Source: Acidobacteriota bacterium
GTDB lineage: Bacteria; Acidobacteriota; Thermoanaerobaculia; Multivoradales; UBA5704
NCBI GenBank assembly: GCA_040005235.1
Contig: JBDTZG010000003.1
Coordinates: 96,001-160,000 of the forward strand
Direction: 5' to 3'
DNA length: 64,000 bases
In this document: positions 19,243 to 29,060 of the stretch, one piece after another
Numbering within the stretch: position 1 is the stretch's first letter
Layout: each line of letters opens with the position of its first letter
The notes under the pieces: model-generated
Told to the model about the DNA's origin: nothing
Database searches by the model: none
The model's input: only the letters and a program-made list of their open reading frames with translations
Translations under genes and position numbers: made by a program

Positions 19243-21069
19243 ATGCCCACTGAAGAAACCACTGCACCCCCAATACCCCCCACGGCTCCAAAGCCCGCCA
19301 GCCTCTCCCCTTCCGAAGCGACCGTCACTTTTCGTGACTTGAACCTTTCGCCTCAAGTACTTCGCGTGCTCGACGACGTCGGCTATGAGTCGCCGACGCC
19401 GATCCAAGCGGCGACGATCCCGCGCATGCTGGCTGGCGACGACGTGGTCGGCCAAGCGCAGACCGGCACCGGCAAGACCGCCGCATTCGCCCTGCCGATC
19501 CTCACCCGCCTCCACCCGAAGGCGTCGAAACCGCAGGCTCTCGTGCTCACCCCCACCCGAGAGCTGGCGATCCAGGTGGCCGAGGCGTTCCAGCGATACG
19601 CCTCGCACGTCACGGGATTTCACGTCCTGCCGATCTACGGCGGCCAGAGCTACGTGCCGCAGCTGTCGGCGCTGCGCCGCGGCGTCCATGTGGTGGTGGG
19701 CACCCCCGGGCGCATCCTCGACCATCTGGAGCGCGGCTCGCTCGACCTTTCCGGGATCACCACGCTGGTGCTCGACGAAGCGGACGAGATGTTGCGCATG
19801 GGGTTCATCGACGACGTCGAGACGATCCTCAAGAAGACCCCCCCGGAGCGCCAGGTCGCCCTGTTCTCGGCCACCATGCCCGCGCCGATCCGCCGGATCG
19901 CCAAGGAGCACCTCAAGAATCCCGTCGAGGTGACGATTCGCGGCACCACCACCAACGCGCCGAAGATCCGCCAGCGTTACTGGCTGGTGAGCGGCCTGCA
20001 CAAGCTCGACGCGCTCACCCGCATTCTGGAGGTCGAGCCGTTCGAGGCGATGATCGTCTTTGCCCGCACTAAGCTCTCGTGCGCCGAGCTGGCCGAGCGC
20101 CTGGAGGCGCGCGGCTTCGCCGCCGCGCCGATCCACGGCGACATGCAGCAGGCGGCGCGCGAAAAGACGATCGCCCGGCTGCGCGACGGCCAGCTCGACA
20201 TCCTGGTCGCGACCGACGTCGCCGCCCGCGGCCTCGACGTCGACCGGGTGAGCCACGTCCTCAACTACGACATCCCGCACGACACCGAGGCGTACATTCA
20301 CCGGATCGGCCGCACCGGCCGCGCGGGCCGCAGCGGCGACGCGATCCTTTTCCTCACCCCGCGCGAGCGCCACATGCTGGCGGCGATCGAGCGCGCGACC
20401 AAGCAGACGATCCAGCCGATGGAGCTGCCGTCGGTCGATGCGGTGAACGATCAGCGGATCGAGAAGTTCAAGCGCCAGATCACCGAGACGCTCGAAAACG
20501 ACGGCCTGGAGCTGTTCCAAAAGCTGGTCGAGCAGTACGAGCAGGAGCACAACGTCCCCGCCGTTGAGATCGCCGCGGCGCTAGCCCGCATGGCGCACGG
20601 CGACACCCCGCTGCTGCTCGAAAAACCGGCTCACCGGCCGCGGGTGGCCCCGCGGGTGGAATCCGCTCCGCAATCCACCCCCTCCGGTTCCCCGTATCCC
20701 CCGGCGTCCTACCAGCCCGAACGCACCGAATACCCGCGTTCGACTCCGCGCGGTGAAAAGCCGAGCGCCCAATCCGGCCCTCCGGCCAGTCGCGAGCCCT
20801 CCCCGGGCCTCGCGAGCTACCGGGTGGAAGTCGGCAACGTCCATGGGGTCAAAGCGGGCAACCTGGTGGGAGCGATCACCAACGAGGCGGGTCTTGAAAG
20901 CCGGCACATCGGCAAGATCGACATCCGCGACGGCTACTCGCTGGTCGAGCTGCCGGTCGGACTCTCGACCGCCACGCTCAAGCACCTACAGAACGTCCGC
21001 GTCGCCGGGCAACGGCTCGCGATCTCGCGCGAGCGCGACCTGCCGAAAAAGCCGCGCCCGACAGGGTAG
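19243..21069 (+). CDS. deaD: DEAD-box RNA helicase DeaD/CsdA
   Basis: AQTGTGKT, PTRELA, DEAD, SAT, HRIGRTGRAG, C-terminal DbpA domain (GNLVGAITNEAG). Confidence 0.95.
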   Translation: MPTEETTAPPIPPTAPKPASLSPSEATVTFRDLNLSPQVLRVLDDVGYESPTPIQAATIPRMLAGDDVVGQAQTGTGKTAAFALPILTRLHPKASKPQALVLTPTRELAIQVAEAFQRYASHVTGFHVLPIYGGQSYVPQLSALRRGVHVVVGTPGRILDHLERGSLDLSGITTLVLDEADEMLRMGFIDDVETILKKTPPERQVALFSATMPAPIRRIAKEHLKNPVEVTIRGTTTNAPKIRQRYWLVSGLHKLDALTRILEVEPFEAMIVFARTKLSCAELAERLEARGFAAAPIHGDMQQAAREKTIARLRDGQLDILVATDVAARGLDVDRVSHVLNYDIPHDTEAYIHRIGRTGRAGRSGDAILFLTPRERHMLAAIERATKQTIQPMELPSVDAVNDQRIEKFKRQITETLENDGLELFQKLVEQYEQEHNVPAVEIAAALARMAHGDTPLLLEKPAHRPRVAPRVESAPQSTPSGSPYPPASYQPERTEYPRSTPRGEKPSAQSGPPASREPSPGLASYRVEVGNVHGVKAGNLVGAITNEAGLESRHIGKIDIRDGYSLVELPVGLSTATLKHLQNVRVAGQRLAISRERDLPKKPRPTG

Positions 21070-21079
21070 ACACCGGGGT

Positions 21080-21571
21080 TCAGGGCCGAATCCGCACCGG
21101 AGCCTCGCCCGCGCGAAACGTCAACGTTCGGGTCTCGCCGATACCCCGCAGCAGAAGGTGATTCACTTGGGCTTGCTCCGCCTCGAACAGCACGCGGTCG
21201 GCGAGGTCGAAATCCCCGGTGACGCCGGTCACTTTGAAGTAGAGCCACGCCTCGCGGTAGCTCACCTCGCGTCCCAACCACTCTATCGGCAGCGGCTCTC
21301 CCCCGGGAGGGCCGACCGGAGCGACCACGAAGCGGGTCTTCAGATAGTCGACGATCTCGGATTCCGCCTCCGGCGATTCGACCGGAATGCGCCTGCCCGA
21401 CATGCGTTCGAGCGCCGCCTCCAACTCCTCCGGCACGACGGCGAGCGCCACTTCGAGGCAGCCGCAGTCCGCGCGATAATCCACTTCCGCGTGGCTCGCG
21501 TGAAACGGGTGCGCCCGCGCCCCGGCGCTCAGCCACAAGGAAGTAAAAGCCAGAGCCGCCGCTCTCCTCAC
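21080..21571 (-). CDS. secreted DUF6702-like protein
   Basis: Signal peptide then AHPFHAS; coupled to the M1 peptidase. Confidence 0.7.
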   Translation of the reverse strand: MRRAAALAFTSLWLSAGARAHPFHASHAEVDYRADCGCLEVALAVVPEELEAALERMSGRRIPVESPEAESEIVDYLKTRFVVAPVGPPGGEPLPIEWLGREVSYREAWLYFKVTGVTGDFDLADRVLFEAEQAQVNHLLLRGIGETRTLTFRAGEAPVRIRP

Positions 21572-23973
21572 GGCCTTGGTGTGTCCTTGCTGTCCTTGCC
21601 GTCCTTTAGGTCTTGTCGGATCGGGTTGGGCTTCTCCTCCGGCTTGAACAGCTGGAACCGGGTCTTCCCCGGCCGCGAGGGCCAGCCGTTGTTGGAGAGG
21701 TCGCTATCTGCCGTTTCGAGCTTCGGATCGATCTCGATGCCGGTGATCTCTTTGTCCTCGATGAACAGTTTGGTCACCCGCTCCGCGTTGAAACGCCAGA
21801 TCTCGGCCGGGATCACCAGGTCGCGGTGTGTGCCGTCCGCGTAAGTCAACCGCATCGGCAGCGGCGTCACCAACCCGCCCTTGTTCACCAGGTCGACGGC
21901 GAAGAACCGCTTGTTCGAGATGAGAACCTCTTTCTCGGACGCTTCGAGCGAAGCGAGCAGCTTTTGGTAGTCCGCAGAGTCCGTCGGCGTCACCCGATAC
22001 TCATCGAGCTTGTTGTAGAAATCGGCCAGCTCCGGCCGCGCCTCGATCCGCTTCGGCAACGGGGCGTTGCGCTCGGCCGAGAGGGTCTTCGATTGGGCGT
22101 CGTCATACTCCTTCTGGTGTTTCTTCGCCGCGTCCGGATCCTGCGGGTCGAGCACGTACTCGCTCACCCTTTCGATCCCGACGTCGACGTGGCCGGTGCC
22201 GTAGAACCAGCCGCGCCAGAACCAGTCGAGATCGACGCCCGAGGCGTCCTCCATGGTGCGGAAGAAGTCGGCCGGCGTCGGGTGCTTGAACTTCCACCGC
22301 TCTGCGTACTGGCGGAACGCGAAGTCGAACAGTGGACGGCCGAGGATGCTCTCGCGCAGGATGTTGAGCGCGGTCGCCGGCTTGCCGTAAGCGTTGTTGC
22401 CGAATTGGAGCACCGACTCCGAGTTGGTCATGATCGACGTCTGGTCGGCCGATACCATGTAAGAAACGATGTCCTTCGGTTCGCCGCGGCGGGAGGGGTA
22501 GTCTTTCTCCCACGACTGCTCGGCGAGGTATTGGAGGAAGGTGTTCAACCCCTCGTCCATCCAGGTCCATTGCCGCTCGTCGGAGTTGACGATCATCGGG
22601 AAGTAGTTGTGGCCGACCTCGTGGATCACCACCGAGATCAGCCCGTACTTGCTCCGCTTCCAAGTCTTGTCCTTGTCCGACGGCTCGCCCCAGTAGGTCT
22701 TGTCTTCATAGGGGCGCGGCTGGTTGAAGCAGATCATCGGGTATTCCATCCCGCCGACCGGGCCGTTCACCGAGATCGCCACCGGATAGGGAAAATCGAA
22801 GGTGAATTTCGAGTACGTCTCGATCGTGTGCGCGACCGCCTCGGTCGAATATTGGCTCCAGAGCGGATCGCCCTCGTTCGGGAAGAACGACATCGCGAGC
22901 ACCCGGTTCGGACCGCTCTGGACCCCCATCGCGTCCCAGATGAACTTGCGCGAGCTGGCAAACGCCACGTCGCGTACGTTGTCGGCCTTGAAATGCCAGA
23001 CCCGCCGGCCCGGCTCCTTGATGTAGGTACGGCGCTCGCGCGAGGCGGCCTCTTCCGGCGTGACCACGTACAGCGGTTTGTCGCTTTTGGCCGCGCGCGC
23101 GAGCCGGTCGCGCTCAATCGCAGAAAGCACCTCGTTCTGATTCTGGAGCACGCCCGTCGCCGCGACGATGTGATCCTCCGGCACGTCGATCGACAGGTCG
23201 TAATTCCCCAGCTCCAGGGTGAACTCCCCCGAACCGAGGAACTGCTTGTGCTGCCACCCCTGGTAGTCGAGATAGGCGGCCATGCGCGGATAGAACTGGG
23301 CGATCTCGTAGATCGCGTTGCCGTCCTTGAACAGCTCGTACCCGGTGCGGGCGCGGATCTTGGTGCCGTCGATGACGTTGAACGCGAACGCCACGTTGAG
23401 CACGAACGTGCCGCCCGGACCGAGCGGCGCGGGCAGATCGACGCGCATCATCGTCTTCACCTGGGTAGCCCTGAGCGGCGCCCCTTTGGCGTCGGTCACC
23501 GAAGCGATCTCGAAACCGCCCTCGAACCGGCTCATCTCCAGCCGCTGCGCCAGATCGTCGTAGGCCAATTCGTCGAAGCTCGCGGGCGCGGTCTGGGTGA
23601 GCACGTTGTCGCTGTCGGGCCGAAAACGGTTCTGGTCCAGCTGAAGCCACAGGTAGGTCAACGTATGCGGGGAGCGGTTCTGGTAGGTGATCCGCTCTTT
23701 CCCCTCGATCCGCCTTCTCGCGTCGTCCAGCCGCACCTCGATCTTGTAATCCGCCCGCTGCTGCCAGTACGCCGGCCCGGGAGCGCCCGAAGCCAGCCGC
23801 GTCTCGGAAGGCGTGGGCAACAGCCATTCGAGCTGCGCAAACGCCGTCGCCCCGGTGCCCGCCCCGGGAGTCCCCGCCTCCGGCGGTTTGCTCGGCAACG
23901 GCTGCGCGCCCAAGGCACTGGCTAGGGACGCGACGAAACCAAGGAGAACGACCGGACGCCAACGGCTGAGCAT
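21568..23973 (-). CDS. M1-family metalloaminopeptidase (secreted)
   Basis: YWQQRADY, GGMEYPM, HEVGH..WMDEG, NAYGKP. Confidence 0.92.
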   Translation of the reverse strand: MLSRWRPVVLLGFVASLASALGAQPLPSKPPEAGTPGAGTGATAFAQLEWLLPTPSETRLASGAPGPAYWQQRADYKIEVRLDDARRRIEGKERITYQNRSPHTLTYLWLQLDQNRFRPDSDNVLTQTAPASFDELAYDDLAQRLEMSRFEGGFEIASVTDAKGAPLRATQVKTMMRVDLPAPLGPGGTFVLNVAFAFNVIDGTKIRARTGYELFKDGNAIYEIAQFYPRMAAYLDYQGWQHKQFLGSGEFTLELGNYDLSIDVPEDHIVAATGVLQNQNEVLSAIERDRLARAAKSDKPLYVVTPEEAASRERRTYIKEPGRRVWHFKADNVRDVAFASSRKFIWDAMGVQSGPNRVLAMSFFPNEGDPLWSQYSTEAVAHTIETYSKFTFDFPYPVAISVNGPVGGMEYPMICFNQPRPYEDKTYWGEPSDKDKTWKRSKYGLISVVIHEVGHNYFPMIVNSDERQWTWMDEGLNTFLQYLAEQSWEKDYPSRRGEPKDIVSYMVSADQTSIMTNSESVLQFGNNAYGKPATALNILRESILGRPLFDFAFRQYAERWKFKHPTPADFFRTMEDASGVDLDWFWRGWFYGTGHVDVGIERVSEYVLDPQDPDAAKKHQKEYDDAQSKTLSAERNAPLPKRIEARPELADFYNKLDEYRVTPTDSADYQKLLASLEASEKEVLISNKRFFAVDLVNKGGLVTPLPMRLTYADGTHRDLVIPAEIWRFNAERVTKLFIEDKEITGIEIDPKLETADSDLSNNGWPSRPGKTRFQLFKPEEKPNPIRQDLKDGKDSKDTPRP

Positions 23974-24247
23974 GGTTCGGACCTCGTGGGGAGAGTTGGC
24001 CGCCAAGAGATACGCGGCGCGACGGCGGCAGTTTAGCGCGAGAGCTTTCCTCGGGAGCGCACCCAGTCCGGCGATCCTGGGGAAAGCCCAACCGCGACAG
24101 TTTACGCCCAACTTACGCTATGCTTCCGCCATGGCTTCCGGCCCTCCATCGCGCGACTATGCCGGGCCTGGGGCGCGGAAGGAGGCGCTGCGGAAGCTGC
24201 CCGAGAACGTGCGGCAGATCGGTCCGCGCGGCGGCGGTAAGGGCGGG

Positions 24248-27200
24248 GTGCCCGTCTACACCGAGCTGCGCGCCGCGTCGTCGTTTTCGTTTCTGGACGG
24301 CGCGTCTTCTCCGGAGGACCTGATCGTACGGGCGGCGGAGCTGGACCTCCCCGCGGTCGCGCTGGTCGATCGCAACGGGGTCTACGGCGCGCCGCGTTTC
24401 TATCGGGCGGCAAAGCAGGCGGGAATGCGGGCGCTGGTGGGGGCGGAAGTGTCGATTGGCGACCGGAACGCTCCTCCTGCGGCCGCGGTGGCCGCAGGGA
24501 TCGCGGTGCGCGCCGCCCGTCGCCGCCGCGATGCGGAAGAAGAAGCCGAAGAACAGCAGCCGCCGCTGATCGCCCCGCCCGGCGCGGACGGCGCGGTTCC
24601 CGATCTCCCCCGCCTGACGTTGATGGTCGAAAACCGGACCGGCTACAAAAACCTCTGCAAGCTCATCTCGGCCGCGGCGCGCGAGCGGCCGAAGGGGGAT
24701 CCGCGCGCCTCTTGGGAGCTGGTCGAGCATCACGCCCGCGGCTTGCGCTGTTTGACCGGCGGCGAGGAGGGAACGGTCGCCCGGGCGCTGCGGGCCGAGG
24801 GGCTCGACGGCGCACGACGCGAGCTGGAGCGGCTGGTCGCGCTCTTTTCCGGCCGAGTCCACGTCGAGATCGGTCGGCACCACCTGCGCGAAGAGGAGCA
24901 CGCGAACCGCGCGTTGGTCGACCTCGCGCGCCGCCTCCGCCTGCCGCTGGTGGCGACCAACGGCGTGCGCTACGCCAGTCAGAAGGACAAACCGCTGTTC
25001 GACGTGCTGACCGCGATCCGCCACCGCACTCCGCTCGACGCCGCGGGCAAGCTGCTCGCCGCCCATCGCGAGCGGCATGTGAAAAGCGGCGCCGAGATGG
25101 CGCAGGCGTTCGCCGATCTGCCCGAGGCGCTGGCCGGCAACGCCGAGCTGGCGGCGCGGCTCGATTTCACGCTCGCCGACCTGGGCTATCGCTTCCCCGA
25201 GTATCCATTGCCTTCCGGCGAGACCCCCGCGTCGTTCCTGCGCCACATTACCTGGAACTGCGCGCCCGCGCGCTTCCGGCCGTTCTCGGCCAAGGCCCAG
25301 GCGCAGATCCAGAAAGAGCTGGACATGATCGAGAAGCTCAATCTCGCCGGCTACTTTCTGATCGTCTGGGACATCGTCCGCTTCTGCCTGGCCGAAAACA
25401 TTCTCGCCCAAGGGCGCGGCTCGGCCGCCAACAGCGCGGTCTGCTACGCGTTGTCCATCACCGCGGTCGACCCGGTGCGGATGGATCTCCTGTTCGAGCG
25501 GTTTCTCTCCGAAGAGCGCGGCGAGTGGCCGGACATCGATCTGGACCTCCCTTCCGGCGCGCAGCGCGAGAAGGTGATCCAGTACGTCTACCGCCGCTAC
25601 GGCCCGCACGGCGCCGCGATGACCGCCAACGTCATCACCTACCGCGACCGCTCGGCTGCGCGCGAAACGGCCAAGGCGCTCGGCTATTCGCCCGACCAGG
25701 TGGACAAGCTCGCCAAGCAGCTCGGCCGCTGGAGCTACGACCAGTCGCGCGGCGATACGAAGTCGTTCGACACGGAGCTCTCCGCCGCCGGGTTCGATCC
25801 GGCCGAGCCGCGGCTCCAGCGGTTCACCGAGATGTTCGAGAAGATCCAGCACCTGCCGCGCCACCTCGGCCAGCACTCGGGCGGCATGGTGGTCGCCGCC
25901 GGCCGGCTGGACGAGGTGGTGCCGCTCGAACCGGCCTCGATGCCCGGCCGCACGGTGATCCAGTGGGACAAGGACGACTGCGCCGATCTGGGGATTGTCA
26001 AAGTGGACCTGCTCGGCCTCGGCATGCTCGCGGCACTCGAAGAGGCGGTGCCCACGATCCGCACCTACGAGAAGAAGCACGTCGATCTCGCCCATCTGCC
26101 GGCCGACGACCCCAAGGTCTACCAGATGCTTCGCGCGGCGGACACGGTCGGCGTGTTCCAGGTCGAGAGCCGGGCGCAGATGTCGGCGCTGCCGCGCAAC
26201 CGCCCCGAGAAGTTCTACGACTTGGTGATCCAGGTCGCGATCATCCGCCCTGGGCCGATCGCGGGCAACTTGGCCAACCCCTATTTCGAGCGCCGGGTCG
26301 GCCGCGAGAAGGTGACCTATCCGCACCCTTCGCTCGAACCGATCCTCAAACGCACGCTCGGCGTGCCGATCTTCCAAGAGCAGCTGCTGCGCATCGCGAT
26401 GGTCGCCGCGGGCTTCACGGGCGGCGAAGCCGAGGAGCTGCGCCGCGCGATGGGCTTCAAGCGCTCGGTCGATCGCATGCGCTCGATCGAGGCGCGTTTG
26501 CGCTCCGGCATGGCCGAGCGCGGCATCACGGGCGATGCCCAGGACAAAATCGTCCAGGGGATCACCTCGTTCGCGCTCTATGGCTTTCCCGAATCGCACG
26601 CCGCGAGCTTCGCCCTGATCGCCTACGCGAGCGCGTACTTGAAAGCCCACCACCCGACCGCGTTCTACCTCTCGCTGCTGAACGCCTGGCCGATGGGCTT
26701 CTATCACCCCGCCTCGCTGATCAAAGACGCCGAGCGCCACGGGGTTCTCGTCCGTCCGCTCGACGTGCAGGCCTCCGGCTGGAACTGTCGCTGGGAGGAG
26801 CGGGAGGAAATTAGCGTAGGGGCGGGATCTCGGGAACAACCGCCGGTCGGCGCGATCCGCCTCGGCTTCAAATTCGTCCGCGGCCTGCGCCACCACGCAG
26901 CGAGAGCGATCGAAGCGGAACAGGCGATCAGCCTCTTTACCAGCGTCGAGGATCTCGGCCGCCGTTGTCGTCTCCACGCGCCGGAGCTGGAAACGCTCGC
27001 GAGCCTCGGCGCGCTCGAAGCGCTCGGCGACGCCTCGCTCGGCGGCGCCAAGGGCAAGAAGCCTCTCCCCCGCCGCGCCGCGCTCTGGCAGGTCGCCCGC
27101 GTCGGCCGGCCGGCCGGGCCGCTGCTCGAATCATTGCCCGACGAGGCGCCCTCGCCGCTCCCCGAGATGACGACACAGGAGAAAACCCTCGCCGACTACG

Positions 27201-27580
27201 CCGGGCTCCAGCTCACGCTCGGTCCCCATCCGGTCGCGTTCTTCCGCGAAGGACTTACCCGCCAAGGGGTGGTCCCCGCGGCCGATCTGCCGCGCCACCG
27301 CGACGGCGAGCGCGTGCGCATCGCGGGGTCGGTGATCGTCCGCCAGCGCCCGGGTACTGCAAAGGGAATGTTGTTCCTCACCCTCGAAGACGAGTCCGGC
27401 ATGTGCCAGGCGATCGTCGCCCCCGACCTGTTCCAAGAGAACCGCAAGATGATCGTCGGGAACCCCGGACTCGCGGTCGAAGGCAAGCTCCAAAAACGCG
27501 ACGGCACCCTCTCCGTCCGCGCCGAGAAGTTCTGGCCCCTCCGCGATCTAGCGGCGACGCCGAGCCACGATTTTCGGTGA
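24248..27580 (+). CDS. dnaE2: error-prone DNA polymerase III alpha, DnaE2
   Basis: SFSFLDGAS, GRGSAANS, PDIDLD, QWDKDD, YGFPESHA, RQRPGTAKG, C-terminal SHDFR. Start could be 24131. Confidence 0.95.
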   Translation: MPVYTELRAASSFSFLDGASSPEDLIVRAAELDLPAVALVDRNGVYGAPRFYRAAKQAGMRALVGAEVSIGDRNAPPAAAVAAGIAVRAARRRRDAEEEAEEQQPPLIAPPGADGAVPDLPRLTLMVENRTGYKNLCKLISAAARERPKGDPRASWELVEHHARGLRCLTGGEEGTVARALRAEGLDGARRELERLVALFSGRVHVEIGRHHLREEEHANRALVDLARRLRLPLVATNGVRYASQKDKPLFDVLTAIRHRTPLDAAGKLLAAHRERHVKSGAEMAQAFADLPEALAGNAELAARLDFTLADLGYRFPEYPLPSGETPASFLRHITWNCAPARFRPFSAKAQAQIQKELDMIEKLNLAGYFLIVWDIVRFCLAENILAQGRGSAANSAVCYALSITAVDPVRMDLLFERFLSEERGEWPDIDLDLPSGAQREKVIQYVYRRYGPHGAAMTANVITYRDRSAARETAKALGYSPDQVDKLAKQLGRWSYDQSRGDTKSFDTELSAAGFDPAEPRLQRFTEMFEKIQHLPRHLGQHSGGMVVAAGRLDEVVPLEPASMPGRTVIQWDKDDCADLGIVKVDLLGLGMLAALEEAVPTIRTYEKKHVDLAHLPADDPKVYQMLRAADTVGVFQVESRAQMSALPRNRPEKFYDLVIQVAIIRPGPIAGNLANPYFERRVGREKVTYPHPSLEPILKRTLGVPIFQEQLLRIAMVAAGFTGGEAEELRRAMGFKRSVDRMRSIEARLRSGMAERGITGDAQDKIVQGITSFALYGFPESHAASFALIAYASAYLKAHHPTAFYLSLLNAWPMGFYHPASLIKDAERHGVLVRPLDVQASGWNCRWEEREEISVGAGSREQPPVGAIRLGFKFVRGLRHHAARAIEAEQAISLFTSVEDLGRRCRLHAPELETLASLGALEALGDASLGGAKGKKPLPRRAALWQVARVGRPAGPLLESLPDEAPSPLPEMTTQEKTLADYAGLQLTLGPHPVAFFREGLTRQGVVPAADLPRHRDGERVRIAGSVIVRQRPGTAKGMLFLTLEDESGMCQAIVAPDLFQENRKMIVGNPGLAVEGKLQKRDGTLSVRAEKFWPLRDLAATPSHDFR

Positions 27581-27595
27581 GGTTGCTCGGAATCC

Positions 27596-28642
27596 TCAGT
27601 CCACGATCTCGATCGTAGCGATCCCGCGCACCGTTCCCCCCTGAGCCGAGACCACTATCGTCACCGGGCCGCGGTAAGTGGTGGTTCCGGCAAGGAAGGT
27701 GGCCGCGGCGCTGCCGCTGTCGTTGACCGTCGAGGCGTCGCGGAAGATTCCGATTTCGCGGCCGGAGGAGTCGGTGGCGGAGAAGATCGCGGAAGTGCCG
27801 GGGGTTACCTTGCCGATGTCCCTCTGGAAACTGGCGGTCACGGTGACCGGATCGGCAAGACCCGCTTGCGCCGTCACTTTGCCGCCGGTCGAGACGAGGA
27901 TGCGGTCCGGCAGAGCGCGGACGAAGGAGATCTGTGCTTGGCGGGTCACCTGGTTTGCGGTGGCCGAGACGATGCCGGTGCCGATCGCCGATGGGCTCAC
28001 CAACTCGACCGTGGCGCGGAAGGAACCGTCGATCGAGCGCGTGGCGGACGAGGAGCTCTCCGGCGCGAACAGCCCGCCGGAGGTGGCGAACGCGACCTGC
28101 GTTCCGAGGGGGAGTGCCGAGGAGACCTCGACCGTGAAAACGGTTCTTGAGGCTCCATCGGCGGGGGCCGAAGTCGGGGCCGCGACGAAGCGGATGACGC
28201 CGTTGACGTCCGCCGAAGTAAAACCGATCGCGATCGAGCGCGAGAGGCCCGGGACTTCCTTGACGCTCGCCATTACCACGGCGGGTCCCACTTGCTGGCC
28301 GCTCACCAACTCGATCGTCGCCTGGCCGGTGCCATCGGCCGCCACCTCGCGCCCTCCCGCCAGGGCCGCCGGGACTCCGCCGACCAATGTCCCCGCGCTG
28401 GTTGAAAAGATCACCGTCCGCTTGTTCAGATCGGCGCGCGGATCGAGTTGGGCCACCAGGCGCAGACGTGAGACGCCGTCCGCCGGGAGCGACGTGACGC
28501 CGCCGACCGTCCCCAAGACGAGCGACTCTTCGACGATGGCCGGAGGCTCGAAATCGCTCTGCTTGTAGCAGCCGCTCGAAACCAGGGCGGCGACCGAGAG
28601 GGCGGCGAGGACCGACACGACGCGGGGGGGGAAACGGCGCAT
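27596..28642 (-). CDS. lipoprotein with tandem Big-1/invasin-like Ig domains
   Basis: Lipobox SSGC; repeated (L/A)PADG(V/A)SR, F.TS.G beta-rich modules. Confidence 0.7.
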   Translation of the reverse strand: MRRFPPRVVSVLAALSVAALVSSGCYKQSDFEPPAIVEESLVLGTVGGVTSLPADGVSRLRLVAQLDPRADLNKRTVIFSTSAGTLVGGVPAALAGGREVAADGTGQATIELVSGQQVGPAVVMASVKEVPGLSRSIAIGFTSADVNGVIRFVAAPTSAPADGASRTVFTVEVSSALPLGTQVAFATSGGLFAPESSSSATRSIDGSFRATVELVSPSAIGTGIVSATANQVTRQAQISFVRALPDRILVSTGGKVTAQAGLADPVTVTASFQRDIGKVTPGTSAIFSATDSSGREIGIFRDASTVNDSGSAAATFLAGTTTYRGPVTIVVSAQGGTVRGIATIEIVD

Positions 28643-28662
28643 GATTCGATTCTCCGCGCGGT

Positions 28663-29019
28663 TCAAGCTTTTTGGATTTGGACCAGCACCAGGTCCGGCT
28701 GCGGGATGCCGAGCGAGTCGGTGAGGGTCTGGTCAATCTGCACCAGCTCGATCGGGCCGGTTCCCGGGCCGATCACCAGCTCGATGCGGTCGCGACAGAC
28801 CTGATCGGTCGAGCCCACGGTTTCGGTGCGGGTAAAGCTCTTGGCCGGCGGATCGTCGCCGTCTTGAAACCAGATCTGATGGCCGGGCGCAAGCTTGTAA
28901 GTGAGCGTGATCGGCTCTTCGGCGAGCGTGCTGCGGAGCGTCTGCACGAGCTCGATGCGCTTCGGCACCGAAGTCGGGTTCGGGGACACGGTGAGGGCCT
29001 TCTTGATCTGGATCGCCAT
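28663..29019 (-). CDS. hypothetical beta-rich protein, 118 aa
   Basis: MAIQIKKAL..; normal composition; fills the gap in a co-oriented operon. Confidence 0.65.
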   Translation of the reverse strand: MAIQIKKALTVSPNPTSVPKRIELVQTLRSTLAEEPITLTYKLAPGHQIWFQDGDDPPAKSFTRTETVGSTDQVCRDRIELVIGPGTGPIELVQIDQTLTDSLGIPQPDLVLVQIQKA

Positions 29020-29060
29020 GGATTGCCGTTTTCTCCGTTTCTCTCTCGCTGGCCGGAAAT

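Noticed and set aside
21613-26977. long antisense ORFs (770 aa and 954 aa)
   Set aside because: Mirror frames of the M1 peptidase and dnaE2, typical of high-GC DNA. The same applies to most other overlapping ORFs in the track.
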